Below, one piece after another: positions 12,421-22,999 of a stretch of 41,836 nucleotides of DNA; position 1 is the stretch's first letter, and every line of letters begins with the position of its first letter. The translations under genes and the position numbers were made by a program. The notes under the pieces were generated by a model, which saw only the letters and a list, made by a program, of their open reading frames with translations, was not told the DNA's origin and made no database searches. This stretch comes from Macrostomum lignano (taxonomy: Eukaryota), in assembly GCA_002269645.1 (NCBI GenBank), contig NIVC01002251.1, positions 1-41,836 of the forward strand, in the 5' to 3' direction.

Positions 12421-12460
12421 ATGCAACATGTTTTGCCTTGCGTCAGGCATCGTCAGGCTC
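12421..12460 (-). ncRNA. Penelope 3'-end hammerhead, G12->A inactivated
   Basis: GAGC-CUGACGA-U-GCCU...AGGC-AAAAC-AU-GUU. Confidence 0.65.
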
Positions 12461-12661
12461 TTAAAATTAGTACCAATTTATTTGTTCATATACATTTAAT
12501 AATCAAGACTAAGAATGGGTTGATAAAAGTCAGAAATGTATATAAATTAACAGTGGATTGTATAGTCCGATGGAGTGCTCACAAAGTTGCAATGAGGGGA
12601 GAGAGGGGAGAGAGGGGAGAGAGAGAGAGAGAGAGAGAGTGAGATGAGCACAAGTGTACAC

Positions 12662-13608
12662 CTAGAATACTCTAAGGAGGGCACTGGCACCGTGATTGGC
12701 AAGTTGCTTATTAAGGATTGGTTTACGCAATTTTATATACAGGGCTTCAAGCACTTTTAGTCTGTACTCATTTGAGCACGTATGGATAGTGGAGAAGTTT
12801 TTATCGATTTGGCTGTCACAGCATTCTTTGAATATCATCAGGTGGTCGTGCACAGCCGACATCTTTTGCCTGTGTTCTCTACTTCTCACGTACAGGTGTC
12901 GGGTAGTTTCACCTATGTAGGTGATATCTGGTCGCCAGAGCATTGAAATTGGTAAACGACACCTGCCCGTAAAGAGCTGGGAATGCAGCATTTCAAATTC
13001 TTAACAAATTGACCGATGTTTTCGCAACGGAAAGTGACCATGAGCTTTACATTTAAATACTTATTAAACACTTTGATGAGATTCTTTTTAAAATGAACAG
13101 AAGCAGGCCCATAGAAAGGAATGGAGATATGGGTGCAATCAGTCCTCAGATCTTTCTGTTCTTCCTTATTCTGTCTATTGTTAGGATTCGCGACTTTACC
13201 ATCAATGAATTTCCTAATGTGGTAATTGAGGAACCATTTTGGGTAGTTGTTATTGGAAAAATAGGTGCTAATCGAGCAAATTTCTTCGTGGAAACTAGTC
13301 CAGGTGCTACAGATTTCGAAAGCCCAGTGGAGCATACCACGCAGCAGGCCCACTTTCCACTGGGTTGGGCAGAGTGCAGAGAACATTGAAGTTTAGCAGA
13401 AGACCAGTGTAGGTGGGTTTACAATAAACTTTGGTAGACACACAATCATTTTCAACATTAATCTGAATGTCTAGAAAAGGTATAGATTACCCACCTTCTT
13501 CAGCAGTGAATTTTATATTGGGATAAGTGCTATTCAAGATGTCTAAGAATCGGCTATAGTCAGTCCCTTCATTGAAAACAAAAAGAGTGTCATCAACATA
13601 TCTCTTAT
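12662..13608 (-). pseudogene. Penelope RT C-terminus, thumb and GIY-YIG endonuclease (inverted copy, frameshifted)
   Basis: VVYQFQC...TYIGETTRHLYVRSREH...VLEALYIKLRKPILNKQ. Confidence 0.92.
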
Positions 13609-13649
13609 CTCCAAAAGACATAACATATCTTCATAAAAACATATCTCCA

Positions 13650-14320
13650 AAAGTTTGTGGACAGCCGCACCTATAAAGCCTTGTATCCTTGTGGGAGTCA
13701 ACCTAGGCAGTTGTATGGAACTTGTAAGGTCCACAAACCAGAGAAGCCCCTTAGACCAATTGTTTCTATGCTCAATACCACTGAATATGAAATCGCTAAA
13801 TACCTGGACAAGCTTATCAAGCCATATATACCGCAAGATCATCAAGTTAATTCTAATAGACAGCTGCTGCAATCTTTAGGAATTACCAAACTTAATCAAA
13901 ATGAAGTGCTCTACAGTTTTGACGTTGTCTCTTTATTTACTAACATTCTGCTAGAGTTTGCTATTAACCTTGCCACGGATACTGTTTTCCAATATTCGAA
14001 ACCAGATTTGGACAAAGAAACTTTCCACAAACTCCTCATCTTTGCCACTAACGGAATCTTCATGTTTCAGAATAAGCTTTACCAGCAGATTGATGGCTGT
14101 GCCATGGGGAGCCCTTTAGCCCCTACCCTGGCCAATCTTTGTCTGGCTCATTGGGAAGAGGAATGGATGAAGAGTGATGCGGCCCCTAAATTCTATAAGA
14201 GATATGTTGATGACACTCTTTTGGTTTTTAATGAAGGGACTGACTATAGCCAATTCTTAGACATCTTGAACAGCACTCATCCCAACATAAAATTCATTGC
14301 TGAAGGAGGTGGGAAATATC
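13650..14320 (+). pseudogene. Penelope-type reverse transcriptase fragment
   Basis: KVHK...PLRPIVS, SFDVVSLFTNI, YQQIDGCAMGSPLAPTLANL, YKRYVDD, HPNIKF. Confidence 0.95.
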
Positions 14321-14325
14321 CCATA

Positions 14326-14624
14326 CATACATGTGCAACAGTCGGCCGAGTCGGCCAATCTGGCTGACTGATTTTGTGACCAACCAAGGAAGTCCCAAAA
14401 TGCCCACCCGAAAAAATACCAAAGTAGTAGTACTAAGTAGCTGACAAAGAATTTTTGAGTTAATAAGACAGTCATAGTTACTCCTACCGTTTACCCAAAT
14501 TTGCATTAATTTTGCTTTAGGGTTTTTTTTACATGTAAGTCGCATTTTTGGCCAAAAACGATGTCACATTTTTGTTAAAACTAAGTTGCACGGCTGACCG
14601 AATTTTGGAGGTTGCACATGTATG
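14326..14624. mobile_element. 299-bp MITE with 8-bp TSD (hAT- or P-like)
   Basis: Perfect 14-bp TIR CATACATGTGCAAC/GTTGCACATGTATG; TSD ATCCCATA at 14318-14325 and 14625-14632. Confidence 0.92.
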
Positions 14625-14632
14625 ATCCCATA

Positions 14633-15099
14633 TCTTTATTCCTTTCTATGGGCCTGCTTCTGTTCATTTTAAAAAGAACCTCATCAGAGCATTTAATAAG
14701 TATTTAAATGTGAAGCTCATGGTCACTTTCCATTGCGAAAAAATTGGTCAATTTGTTAAGAATTTGAAATGCTACATTCCCAGCTCTTTACAGGCAGGTG
14801 TCGTTTACCAATTTCAATGCTCTGGCGACCAGAGTATCACCTACATAGGTGAAACTACCTGACACCTGTACGTGAGAAGTAGAGAACATAGGCAAAAGAT
14901 GTCGGCTGTGCATGACCACCTGATGATATGCAAAGAATGCTGTGACAGCTAAATCGATAAAAACTTCTCCACTATCCATACTTGCTCAAATGAGTATAGA
15001 CTAAAAGTGCTTGAAGCTCTGTATATAAAATTGCGTAAACCAATCCTTAATAAGCAACTTGCCAATCACGGTGCCAGTGCCCTCCTTAGAGTATTCTAG
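14633..15099 (+). pseudogene. Penelope GIY-YIG region, direct copy
   Basis: Near-identical reverse complement of 12662-13130. Confidence 0.9.
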
Positions 15100-15298
15100 G
15101 TGTACACTTGTGCTCATCTCACTCACTCTCTCTCTCTCTCTCCCCTCTCTCCCCTCTCTCCCCTCATTGCAACTTTGTGAGCACTCCATCGGACTGTACA
15201 ATCCACTGTTAATTTATATACATTTCTGACTTTTATCAACCCATTCTTAGTCTTGATTATTAAATGTATATGAACAAATAAATTGGTACTAATTTTAA

Positions 15299-15338
15299 GA
15301 GCCTGACGATGCCTGACGCGAGGCAAAACATGTTGCAT
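15299..15338 (+). ncRNA. Penelope 3'-end hammerhead, G12->A inactivated (second arm)
   Basis: GAGC-CUGACGA-U-GCCU gacgcg AGGC-AAAAC-AU-GUU. Confidence 0.65.
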
Positions 15339-15505
15339 AAAAAATGATAGCGCTCACCCTCTTAATTCTACTTTAGGGTTTTTTTATGTTCAAGTTGCAT
15401 TTTTGGCCAAAAACTACATTGCATTTTTTGTTAAAAACAAATATAGCCAACCAAATTTTGGAGGTTGTGCATATATGTGCCACACAAAATAGGTCTAGGC
15501 AAAGG

Positions 15506-15578
15506 GGGGCTATAGCTCAGTGGTAGCGCAGCTGCTCTGGTATGCCAGCGACCCAGGCTCAATTCCAAGTGCAGTCAC
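15506..15578 (+). pseudogene. tRNA-derived sequence (degenerate tRNA or SINE head)
   Basis: GGGGCTATAGCTCAGTGGTAG (A box) and GGCTCAATTCC (degenerate B box); acceptor and T stems do not pair fully. Confidence 0.65.
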
Positions 15579-17964
15579 ATTAATTTGGAGCTGAATTGGA
15601 ATCTTGGCTTGGCTCTACTTTTGCAATTAATGGCCTTGAAAGCCAACCCCCCCCCCCAAGGCAGAGTGAAGTGTACATGCCTAATGATAAAATAAAGTTA
15701 GGGCTGTTATATAACTCCTATATAAGTGTGTGCCTATGTATATATCCACACACTTATATGCCTGCTCAAGGGAGTCGGCAGAATGGGCAGTAATGTCTCT
15801 TGCCAGTTATGTGCCTATTTCGCTTAAAGTGTGCCAGGGTGCACACAATACAACCCCTGCCTTTAATAAAAAAGGCCTAGGCAAATGCATACTAGAAAAT
15901 GGTAACATATAACATAGGCTAGCTTCTTAAGTATAATTGTATAAATATATACTAATAACTTTATATTATAACTAAATCTAGACTATTATACTAATAATAT
16001 TACCTAAGCCTTAAGGTCATTTTATTAATTCATTTTAAAATAAGATTGTTTTAAAATCTTAAAATGAAAGATAATTGCAATAAATAGAAAATTAAATCAA
16101 AAGTCTTATTATAAACCTTGCCTTATATAAGCCTTATTAGGTCTAGTAGCTTATAATATATAATAGGCATAAGCATTGCCTTTATAATACAATCAATATA
16201 CACAAAAAATATTTTTAATCTAGTTTGAATTTAGGCTTAAATATTTCATAAGTCATTATAATAAGACAAAAGATATAGGCCTAATTTCCCAATTGCCTTT
16301 TCAAATTTAATAAATAAAACTTTAAAAAAAATTATTCCAAAAGCATATGCTTTATGTCTATGGTTTTTTATGTTATAAAAAAGAGAATTTTCTTTTTGTA
16401 ACAAAAGGAAACTTATAATTTGGGCATATAGTATCTTCATTTAATTTAATTTATCAATATTTTTGATAAAATAAAAAAATCACATTTTCACATTTTTGGT
16501 TTGCACTTTTAGTTTTAAACAAACATTAAAATTAACACAATCACAAAGAATCAAGGGTGTTAGGCTACTACACCAACACAAAGAATCAAGAGTATTAGGC
16601 TACACTATACCATCATAAAGAATCAAGGCCAAGGGTAGGTCTATTAGGCTAGGCCTACCCATAGATTTCTAAAAAAATCCTAACCCTATGAATATGACTA
16701 TCAAACCTAATCTATTTATAATATAAGTGAAATGGAAAGTAGAAAGCCTAGCCTAGTTAGTAATTAATAATTAGTTAACTAAGTTATTAGCGCCCCAGCC
16801 CCCCATTGCATGAGTGGGGACATGGGAAGGCAATCTAATTTCTTGAATTTATTCAAATTCTTGAATAAAGAATAGGCCTATTATTATTCATATGCTTGAA
16901 TAAATTAAATGTAGCTTTTGACCTCTCAGCCTTGACATCTCAGCAACCCCCTTTCCTGACAGCTCTTCTCACTTTAAGAATGTAGTGTGTTTGTCGTGCA
17001 TGTAGACAGTAGATTTGTATAAATTGTACAGCACTAAGTTCGTTTTAATACGTACAACGTCCCACCGGAGTTGTTGTTGTTACCCTTGTTGTTGTTGTTG
17101 ATCATATTATTTTGAGCATATTTTAACAAGAAAGATATAATAGACTACTTGGATGTGCGCCTAATCTTTAGCTTTTGAATTCAAAGTCTATATAAAATTT
17201 AAAAAAATAAAAAATATTATTCGCTTATTTTTTGGTCAATATAGCGCTTCTTCGAAAACCATATTTTAAAATTCAATCATGAGACTGTTGTCTTGGACCT
17301 TCCTTCCTTCCTAGTCATTTCGTGATCTGCCATTTCGTCATCTGGGGTGTCTGTGTCTGGGGTGCTCACCTCGACTAGGGTCAGTTGTCATCTTAATTAG
17401 CATGCACTACCTGAAGAGAGTCATTTCACCACCCACCAATCATATTAGTTCCAACTTCCAAGTGAATTAATGTGGCAAATTGCTACGAGGTCAGATATGT
17501 AGCCAAGAGGTCAGACTGGCAATTAAACATTTTCACTTGGAATCCTAATAATCCCCAGTCATTTTGTCATCTCGATTGATAAAACCTGTCGATCGATCGG
17601 TTCTGCTTGCCGCAGCTTAAAGTTAATAAAAACAAAAATAGTTTTACACTAACTCGAATCTCATACAGATTGATTGGTTGATGACAAAGCATCCAGCATA
17701 CATAGGCCTAACTAAATATTTGGTCACTTTGTCATATTATTTTTCAAAGCTACTTTGCTTCTGGTCACTTCGTCATTCGATATGACAAAATGGAATAATA
17801 ATATGACGATCTGACCAGTGACCATTGTCTTTCAGTTTATTATTATTATGATTACTACTAATGCAACATATATACATCTACATATTTCACTTTACTAAAC
17901 TATTATTATTATGTTGCACAGCTGTCACACCTGCCTTTGGTATATCCAGTCACAGGGTATTAAT

Positions 17965-18377
17965 TAGAGGTTGGACTTGGACGGGATCCTGATCCCAAAA
18001 TCTTGGGATCCCAAGGAAATTTGGATTCCCGTGGGACTAAAATCCCAACTCTAAAAAACACAAGAAATAGGAATAGGTCTTTTGTTTAAAAATTCATAGA
18101 ATTAGTGATTACTTGGATGTAATATGATTTACCTTATACAACATTATTACATTATTAATTTGTTGGTTACAAAACTTTGCATTAATTTTGTTGTATTCTA
18201 CTTTTTGATCTTGACATTTTTAGCTTAATTTTGTTTAACTTTGTATGGACCTACAAGCTACAATACACTAAAAGACTTGATCCCAATTCCCGAATCCAGA
18301 TCCCGATCCCAATCCCAAGAAAAAAATTATTCCCAATCCCGATCCCACCCAAAGATTTCAATCTTGTCCAACCTCTA
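17965..18377. mobile_element. MITE with GATCCC-rich subterminal repeats
   Basis: Perfect 12-bp TIR TAGAGGTTGGAC/GTCCAACCTCTA; no clear TSD. Confidence 0.7.
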
Positions 18378-18398
18378 GTTGACACTAGACTAGAGGTC

Positions 18399-18478
18399 AG
18401 ACCTCATTATGACCTCATTAATGACCTCATTATGACCTTATATGACCTCATTAATGACCTCATTATGACCTCAATATG
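18399..18478. repeat. Short 11-12-nt tandem repeat
   Basis: TGACCTCATTA(A). Confidence 0.8.
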
Positions 18479-18689
18479 TCTAGGCCTACATGTTTGTGAA
18501 ATAGTTGTAGCAGCTATCCACAATGAGGGTTGACTTCTTCATCAAGCTGCCATCCTATATGATTAAGAAGCTGGGCTCTACCGCCTCTACTGCTACTGCT
18601 ACTGCTGTTGTTGTTGTTGTTATAGCTGAGCCGTATTTGACACCTTGTCAAGCTTCTCCTTCCATTTGGGGCGGCACCTGTACCAGTTC

Positions 18690-19020
18690 CAATAGCTCAG
18701 GGTCACCTTGGGTAGCTCATGCTCATTTGTGTATGCCATAAGAGAGAGCCCATGTTGTCTTCTGGCTAGCTCAGTGGCAGGGCACTCTGATGACGTGGAC
18801 CACCATCTCTTCTTCCAGGTCACACTCCCGGCAGAGCCCATCAGTGTCCTTTTGCAACCTTAGTTGGTAAGCTTTGAGCTCCAATGAGTGGCCTATCAAA
18901 AAATGACAGAAGCTGACCACCTCGGTCTGGGACTTGGTGTTGGCTGCTGCTGCTGTTGTGTGTATGTGTGTCATTGGAATGTGTCTCCAAGATCAGGCCA
19001 GCCATTCTGAGTGGGCCTTC
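18690..19020 (-). mobile_element. Remnant of a non-LTR retrotransposon 3' end (CCHC domain)
   Basis: FLIGHSLELKAYQLRLQKDTDGLCRECDLEEEMVVHVI. Confidence 0.65.
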
Positions 19021-19700
19021 CTCAGGATCTCAAATATCATCATTTTTCTTCCATAGCTACTATTATTGTTGCTGCTGCTGCTAGGCTAGTCAAGATGGCA
19101 CTGCTCTGACTATAATTGCTACTCTTGGTGCAAAAGGTAGCAACTTAAGAGCTAGTTTTTCAGCGACTATATCTTCAGCAGCAAATGATGTCTGCAATGA
19201 AAAAAGAAAGATTGAAACTTAAACCATTTTCAAAAACAGAATATCCACGTTGAACTCACATCAGCTACATTGTCAGTGATGACTACTAAAACTATTATTG
19301 CATGACACTGCAATTGTGGTGTCAATGCAGCTTCAGCCTCAGTAGCCTCAGCCTTAGCAGCCATAGCCACAACCTTAGCCTTAGCAGCCTTAGCCTCAGT
19401 AGCCATAGCCTCAGCCTTAGCAGCCACAACCTTAGCCTTAGCAGCCATAGCCACAACGTCAGCCTTAGCAGCCACAGCTATAACCTTAGCCTTAGCAGCC
19501 TCAGCATCAGCAGCTGCAGCCTTGCACCCTGTGCATGTCTATTCAAAGTCAGCTCCTGACTTTAGTAGGTGGCAATACTCTGCTCTAGTCACACCTGTCT
19601 GGCACTTGATTTTTCTGTACCTAATGCAAAATTTTTGCCTTATTGCCTGCCATTTAAAAAAATTCTAATTTAGTGCAACATACTTAACCACTGCTTAAAA
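19000..19700 (-). pseudogene. Decayed spliced gene fragment with a PHD-like half domain and Ala/Lys-rich repeat
   Basis: KCQTGVTRAEYCHLLKSGADFE*TCTGC; two 68-nt GT-AG introns (19688-19621, 19259-19192); several TAG stops. Confidence 0.45.
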
Positions 19701-20576
19701 TAAAATTAAGTGACAATTTAAAAAACTTTTTAATTTCAAAACATTAATCATCAATCTGATATTTCAAAATGTGAAATGTTCAGTGTTAAATGTGTTCAAT
19801 GTTCAATGATTGGCAAATGGGGTTTTAATTTCTTGTGAAAAGGCAAATAGAGTATATACAACAATATTGGATCATAGTCATACAAATTTGCTTTCCAAGC
19901 AGATTAAATTGATAAAATTGTATTCAGAAAAAAATAATCTAGAAATTAGCTAAATTGATCTAAAAAATTAGCTGGCAAAGCACAAGCAAGCTTATTTTTT
20001 ACAGGGGTTGCTTTCTTTGAAAATACGATTTTGAAAATCAACAACTACATACAGCTGTAAAAATATAATTGCAATTACTATAGTTTAAGTAATTGTTATT
20101 TAATTGTTCAAGTATTAATAAGTAATAATAAAGAGCTAAAAATAATAGCTCAACTAATCTGTATATATGCTGATATATGTTGATTTAATATCTGTCACCA
20201 GATTGATTGTTGCCAGATTGTTTTTTTGCCAGATTGACTGGAAGACACCATAAGCCCATACTTATCAAAGCCCTGACTGCACCTTTAGCTAGCTACTAGC
20301 TAGTAGATGGCTATAGTCTTCTTGGAAAAAGAGGGAATTATTCTAATTGAATGGCTTCTTTTTGGTGCCACTATCAATAGTAAATAGTATATCAAAGTGC
20401 TGCAAAAGTTGCCTGTAAGCTATTAAACTGACCTGCAGTGCAGTATCACCCTTTAGTATAACATGGCATATTATTGTCAAGGTAAGGTACATTGTTTGAG
20501 AAAAGCCAGGAAAATGGAAGCAAAAATGAACATTTGCATTTTTTTAATAATACAAAATTACAATTTATTATTTTTT

Positions 20577-20616
20577 ACATGACATGTTTCGACAAACAAT
20601 CAGCATCTTCAGGCAA
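20577..20616 (-). ncRNA. Degenerate hammerhead (core intact, stems weak)
   Basis: CUGAAGA-U-G...GUC-GAAAC-AU-GUC. Confidence 0.55.
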
Positions 20617-21028
20617 AAATATAGATGAAGAGAGATAGTAAATTTTTAAAGTCTAGTAAGCCAAAATGAATCAATGATGCAAGTATGAGCTATAGGTAGC
20701 AGAGTTAGATGGCCCTGAATAAAAGGCAAGTGCATGGGGTCAGAAAAAAATAAATGTGCATGGCATATTATATACTAGTTAGTCAACAATGGCAGCCATC
20801 TTTGACCTGGCCTTCAAGGTGCTGCCATATCCACCTTATTCACTTGACATTGTTTCCATTGACTTCTGGCTATTTAGTAAGATAAAAGAAACCCCTTTGA
20901 AGCTGCTAATATAGTTCTATAAAGGCTCTAAAATCAGCTATCAACTGGTAGGTTAGAGGCCAAAAGAAGGTCACCTACAGAAACTGCCTAAGAGATTACA
21001 GAAGTATATAACCCTTAATGGTGCTTAC

Positions 21029-22323
21029 CGTAAAGACGGTCTCTGACTGTTTTTACCCTGGTTGCCTCTCTGGTAGCTTGTCTAAGGGTTGTGCGCAATC
21101 CGATTGGCTATGCCAATTTCTAAGGGTCCGCCCCGGAGGGGCTATGCCCGTTCTAAAAATAAACCCTATTTTTTCTCTATATCCAATTTCGGCCCTCGGC
21201 CCTGGTTTAGGGGGGGTGGTGCCCGGAGTGAGTTGTTTCTCTGGACTGCAGTGTGGCTAGGTCGGGACTTGAGCCCCCCGGTCGTACCTGCCCTGCAGGA
21301 AAGCATGACCAATTCACAAAGGTGTATGGTAGACCCAGTAGACTGCCAGCCCTGAGGCTGAGCACCCAGGTTGCAGGTCGGCAAGCTGCCTGCTTTAGGG
21401 CTATGGTGCTCCTCCTTCTGCCATTCTTTTTTTCTGGGCTGGCATCCTAGTGCTGTTTTATCCCTTAGCTTTGTGCCTTTGTGGCTTTTATTATTTTAAT
21501 CTTTTATCTTGGCCACTAGAAGCCTTCCAATCTTCGGAGTTTTGAGCTCTGCCCTCGCCCGGTCCATCTTGCCCTGTCCTTGGGTCCATCTCCTGGCTCC
21601 TGCTGCAAGGTCCCTGCTTGCGTGTCTCTGGCTCTCATCCTGACAGTGGATTGGTGTCCTGGGAAGGATGTTCGTCCCGAACTGGGGACAACCGGCTGAG
21701 TTCGGAGTCCTCTTGCCCTGGGTGCCTCTTCTCCTGACCCCTTGGCCTGGCCCCAAATATTGAGCTAGATAGGCGATGCCCTTGGGTTGGTAGCAATATA
21801 GGTGGACGGTCTTCCCGCCTAGAGTCTCCCCCTTGGATACAAGCCTTCCAGACTCACTCCAAAATAGAGCTGGGTAGTGAAAAGCCTTGAGGCTCGAGAC
21901 CCGCTTGGTGTCTGGTGTGGATCGCTTCTGGTAATTAGCTGCCCAGACTCGTTCCAATAGTTTAAGCCATTTCCGCAGGTTTAGGAATAATTCCTTCCTC
22001 GGACTGCTTTCAGTAGTAATCCAAGCATTTCGCTTTCAAATTTTCTGCGCACTCCCAAAGACTTGCTGGCTGGGGGGTGGCCTGGGTGGACTTGGTCCTA
22101 GCACTGTCCCTGATTCCACTGTTGTTTTGGCAGTGTCTTGTACCGTAGGCTTGGGTCTAACTCGCCTCCCCGTGCCTTGAGCCGGGTCCAATCCCAATGT
22201 ATCTCTAGGGGTATCTCGGGCCCTGTGCAGCTAATGCCCTGGCCCCTGGTAGTGCCCCTCGCGGCAGAGCCCTCCCCCGGGCTGATCCGCGGGTAGCTAA
22301 GCTTCCCACCCCCGTTTAACAAC
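21029..22323 (+). mobile_element. 1.3-kb non-coding retro-insertion with SL-like head (candidate SINE)
   Basis: Perfect 12-bp TSD AATGGTGCTTAC (21017-21028, 22324-22335); no TIRs; ends in AACAAC. Confidence 0.85.
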
Positions 22324-22905
22324 AATGGTGCTTACATGTATATTGAAAATGAGGAGCAAATTATATTTCATATATATTATTATCTTATATTCTTTTGTTA
22401 ATAATTAAAATTATTGAAGCTTATTATATAAAAACATAGCTACCATAACATAATTTTGTTTGACATAATAGTTAAGGCTGTTAGGCCTTTACTTTATTGT
22501 AGGCACAATATTGACATGATCACTATATCTCTAAGTATTTTGAAGTTTCTAGGTCCCTTAGAACTGGAAATAAAATGATCTATAATATTAATATAATAAG
22601 CCTAGACCTAATACATATTGTTATATAATAATAAACCTATCATTGAAAATTTTCTTTTTCTTCTTACATTTATCATTTCTTATAATTTTCTGCTAATATT
22701 ACAATGAAGCAAACAAACATCAACTCTTTTTTTAAACTGGTAAGTGCTACCTATGATGGAAATTTATAACATTTTACCTATCAAATCCACATGTTCTAAA
22801 TGTATAAGAACCCTACTCTTATGTACACTCATAGATATACATTTGTCTATTTTTATGGTTTATTTTTTACTTTAGATGGAAGGAAATTGCGAGCATTTTT
22901 CATTC

Positions 22906-22944
22906 AAACGACATGTTTCGACTAACATTAGGCATCTTCTAATG
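22906..22944 (-). ncRNA. Degenerate hammerhead (core mutated to UAGAAGA)
   Basis: AGAAGA-U-GCCUAA ug UUAGUC-GAAAC-AU-GUC. Confidence 0.45.
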
Positions 22945-22999
22945 CTAATGTCTTCCTATATCTTATCGTTCAAAAATTTTCTATATATCTCTCTCACAG

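Larger units (their letters stand above)
12385..15374. mobile_element. Penelope-like element (RT + GIY-YIG), 5'-truncated, with a long inverted copy of its 3' part
   Basis: Plus-strand RT, duplicated GIY-YIG/3' end on both strands, ~745-bp inverted arms 12385-13132 and 14627-15374. Confidence 0.92.
20260..22360 (+). mobile_element. Second mariner remnant, interrupted by a Penelope fragment (~20500-20750) and the 1.3-kb insertion
   Basis: MAIVFLEKEGIILIEW...TINSK*YIKVL; LPYPPYSLDIVSIDFWLFSKIK; KLPKRLQKYITLNGAY|MYIE reads through once the insertion is removed. Confidence 0.8.

Noticed and set aside
15506-15578. Functional tRNA gene
   Set aside because: Acceptor stem, D-arm and T-loop (GCTCAATT instead of GTTCGA) are degenerate.
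21496-21957. 153-aa minus-strand ORF within the 1.3-kb element
   Set aside because: Non-ATG start, no recognisable motif, and antisense to the inferred head-to-tail orientation.
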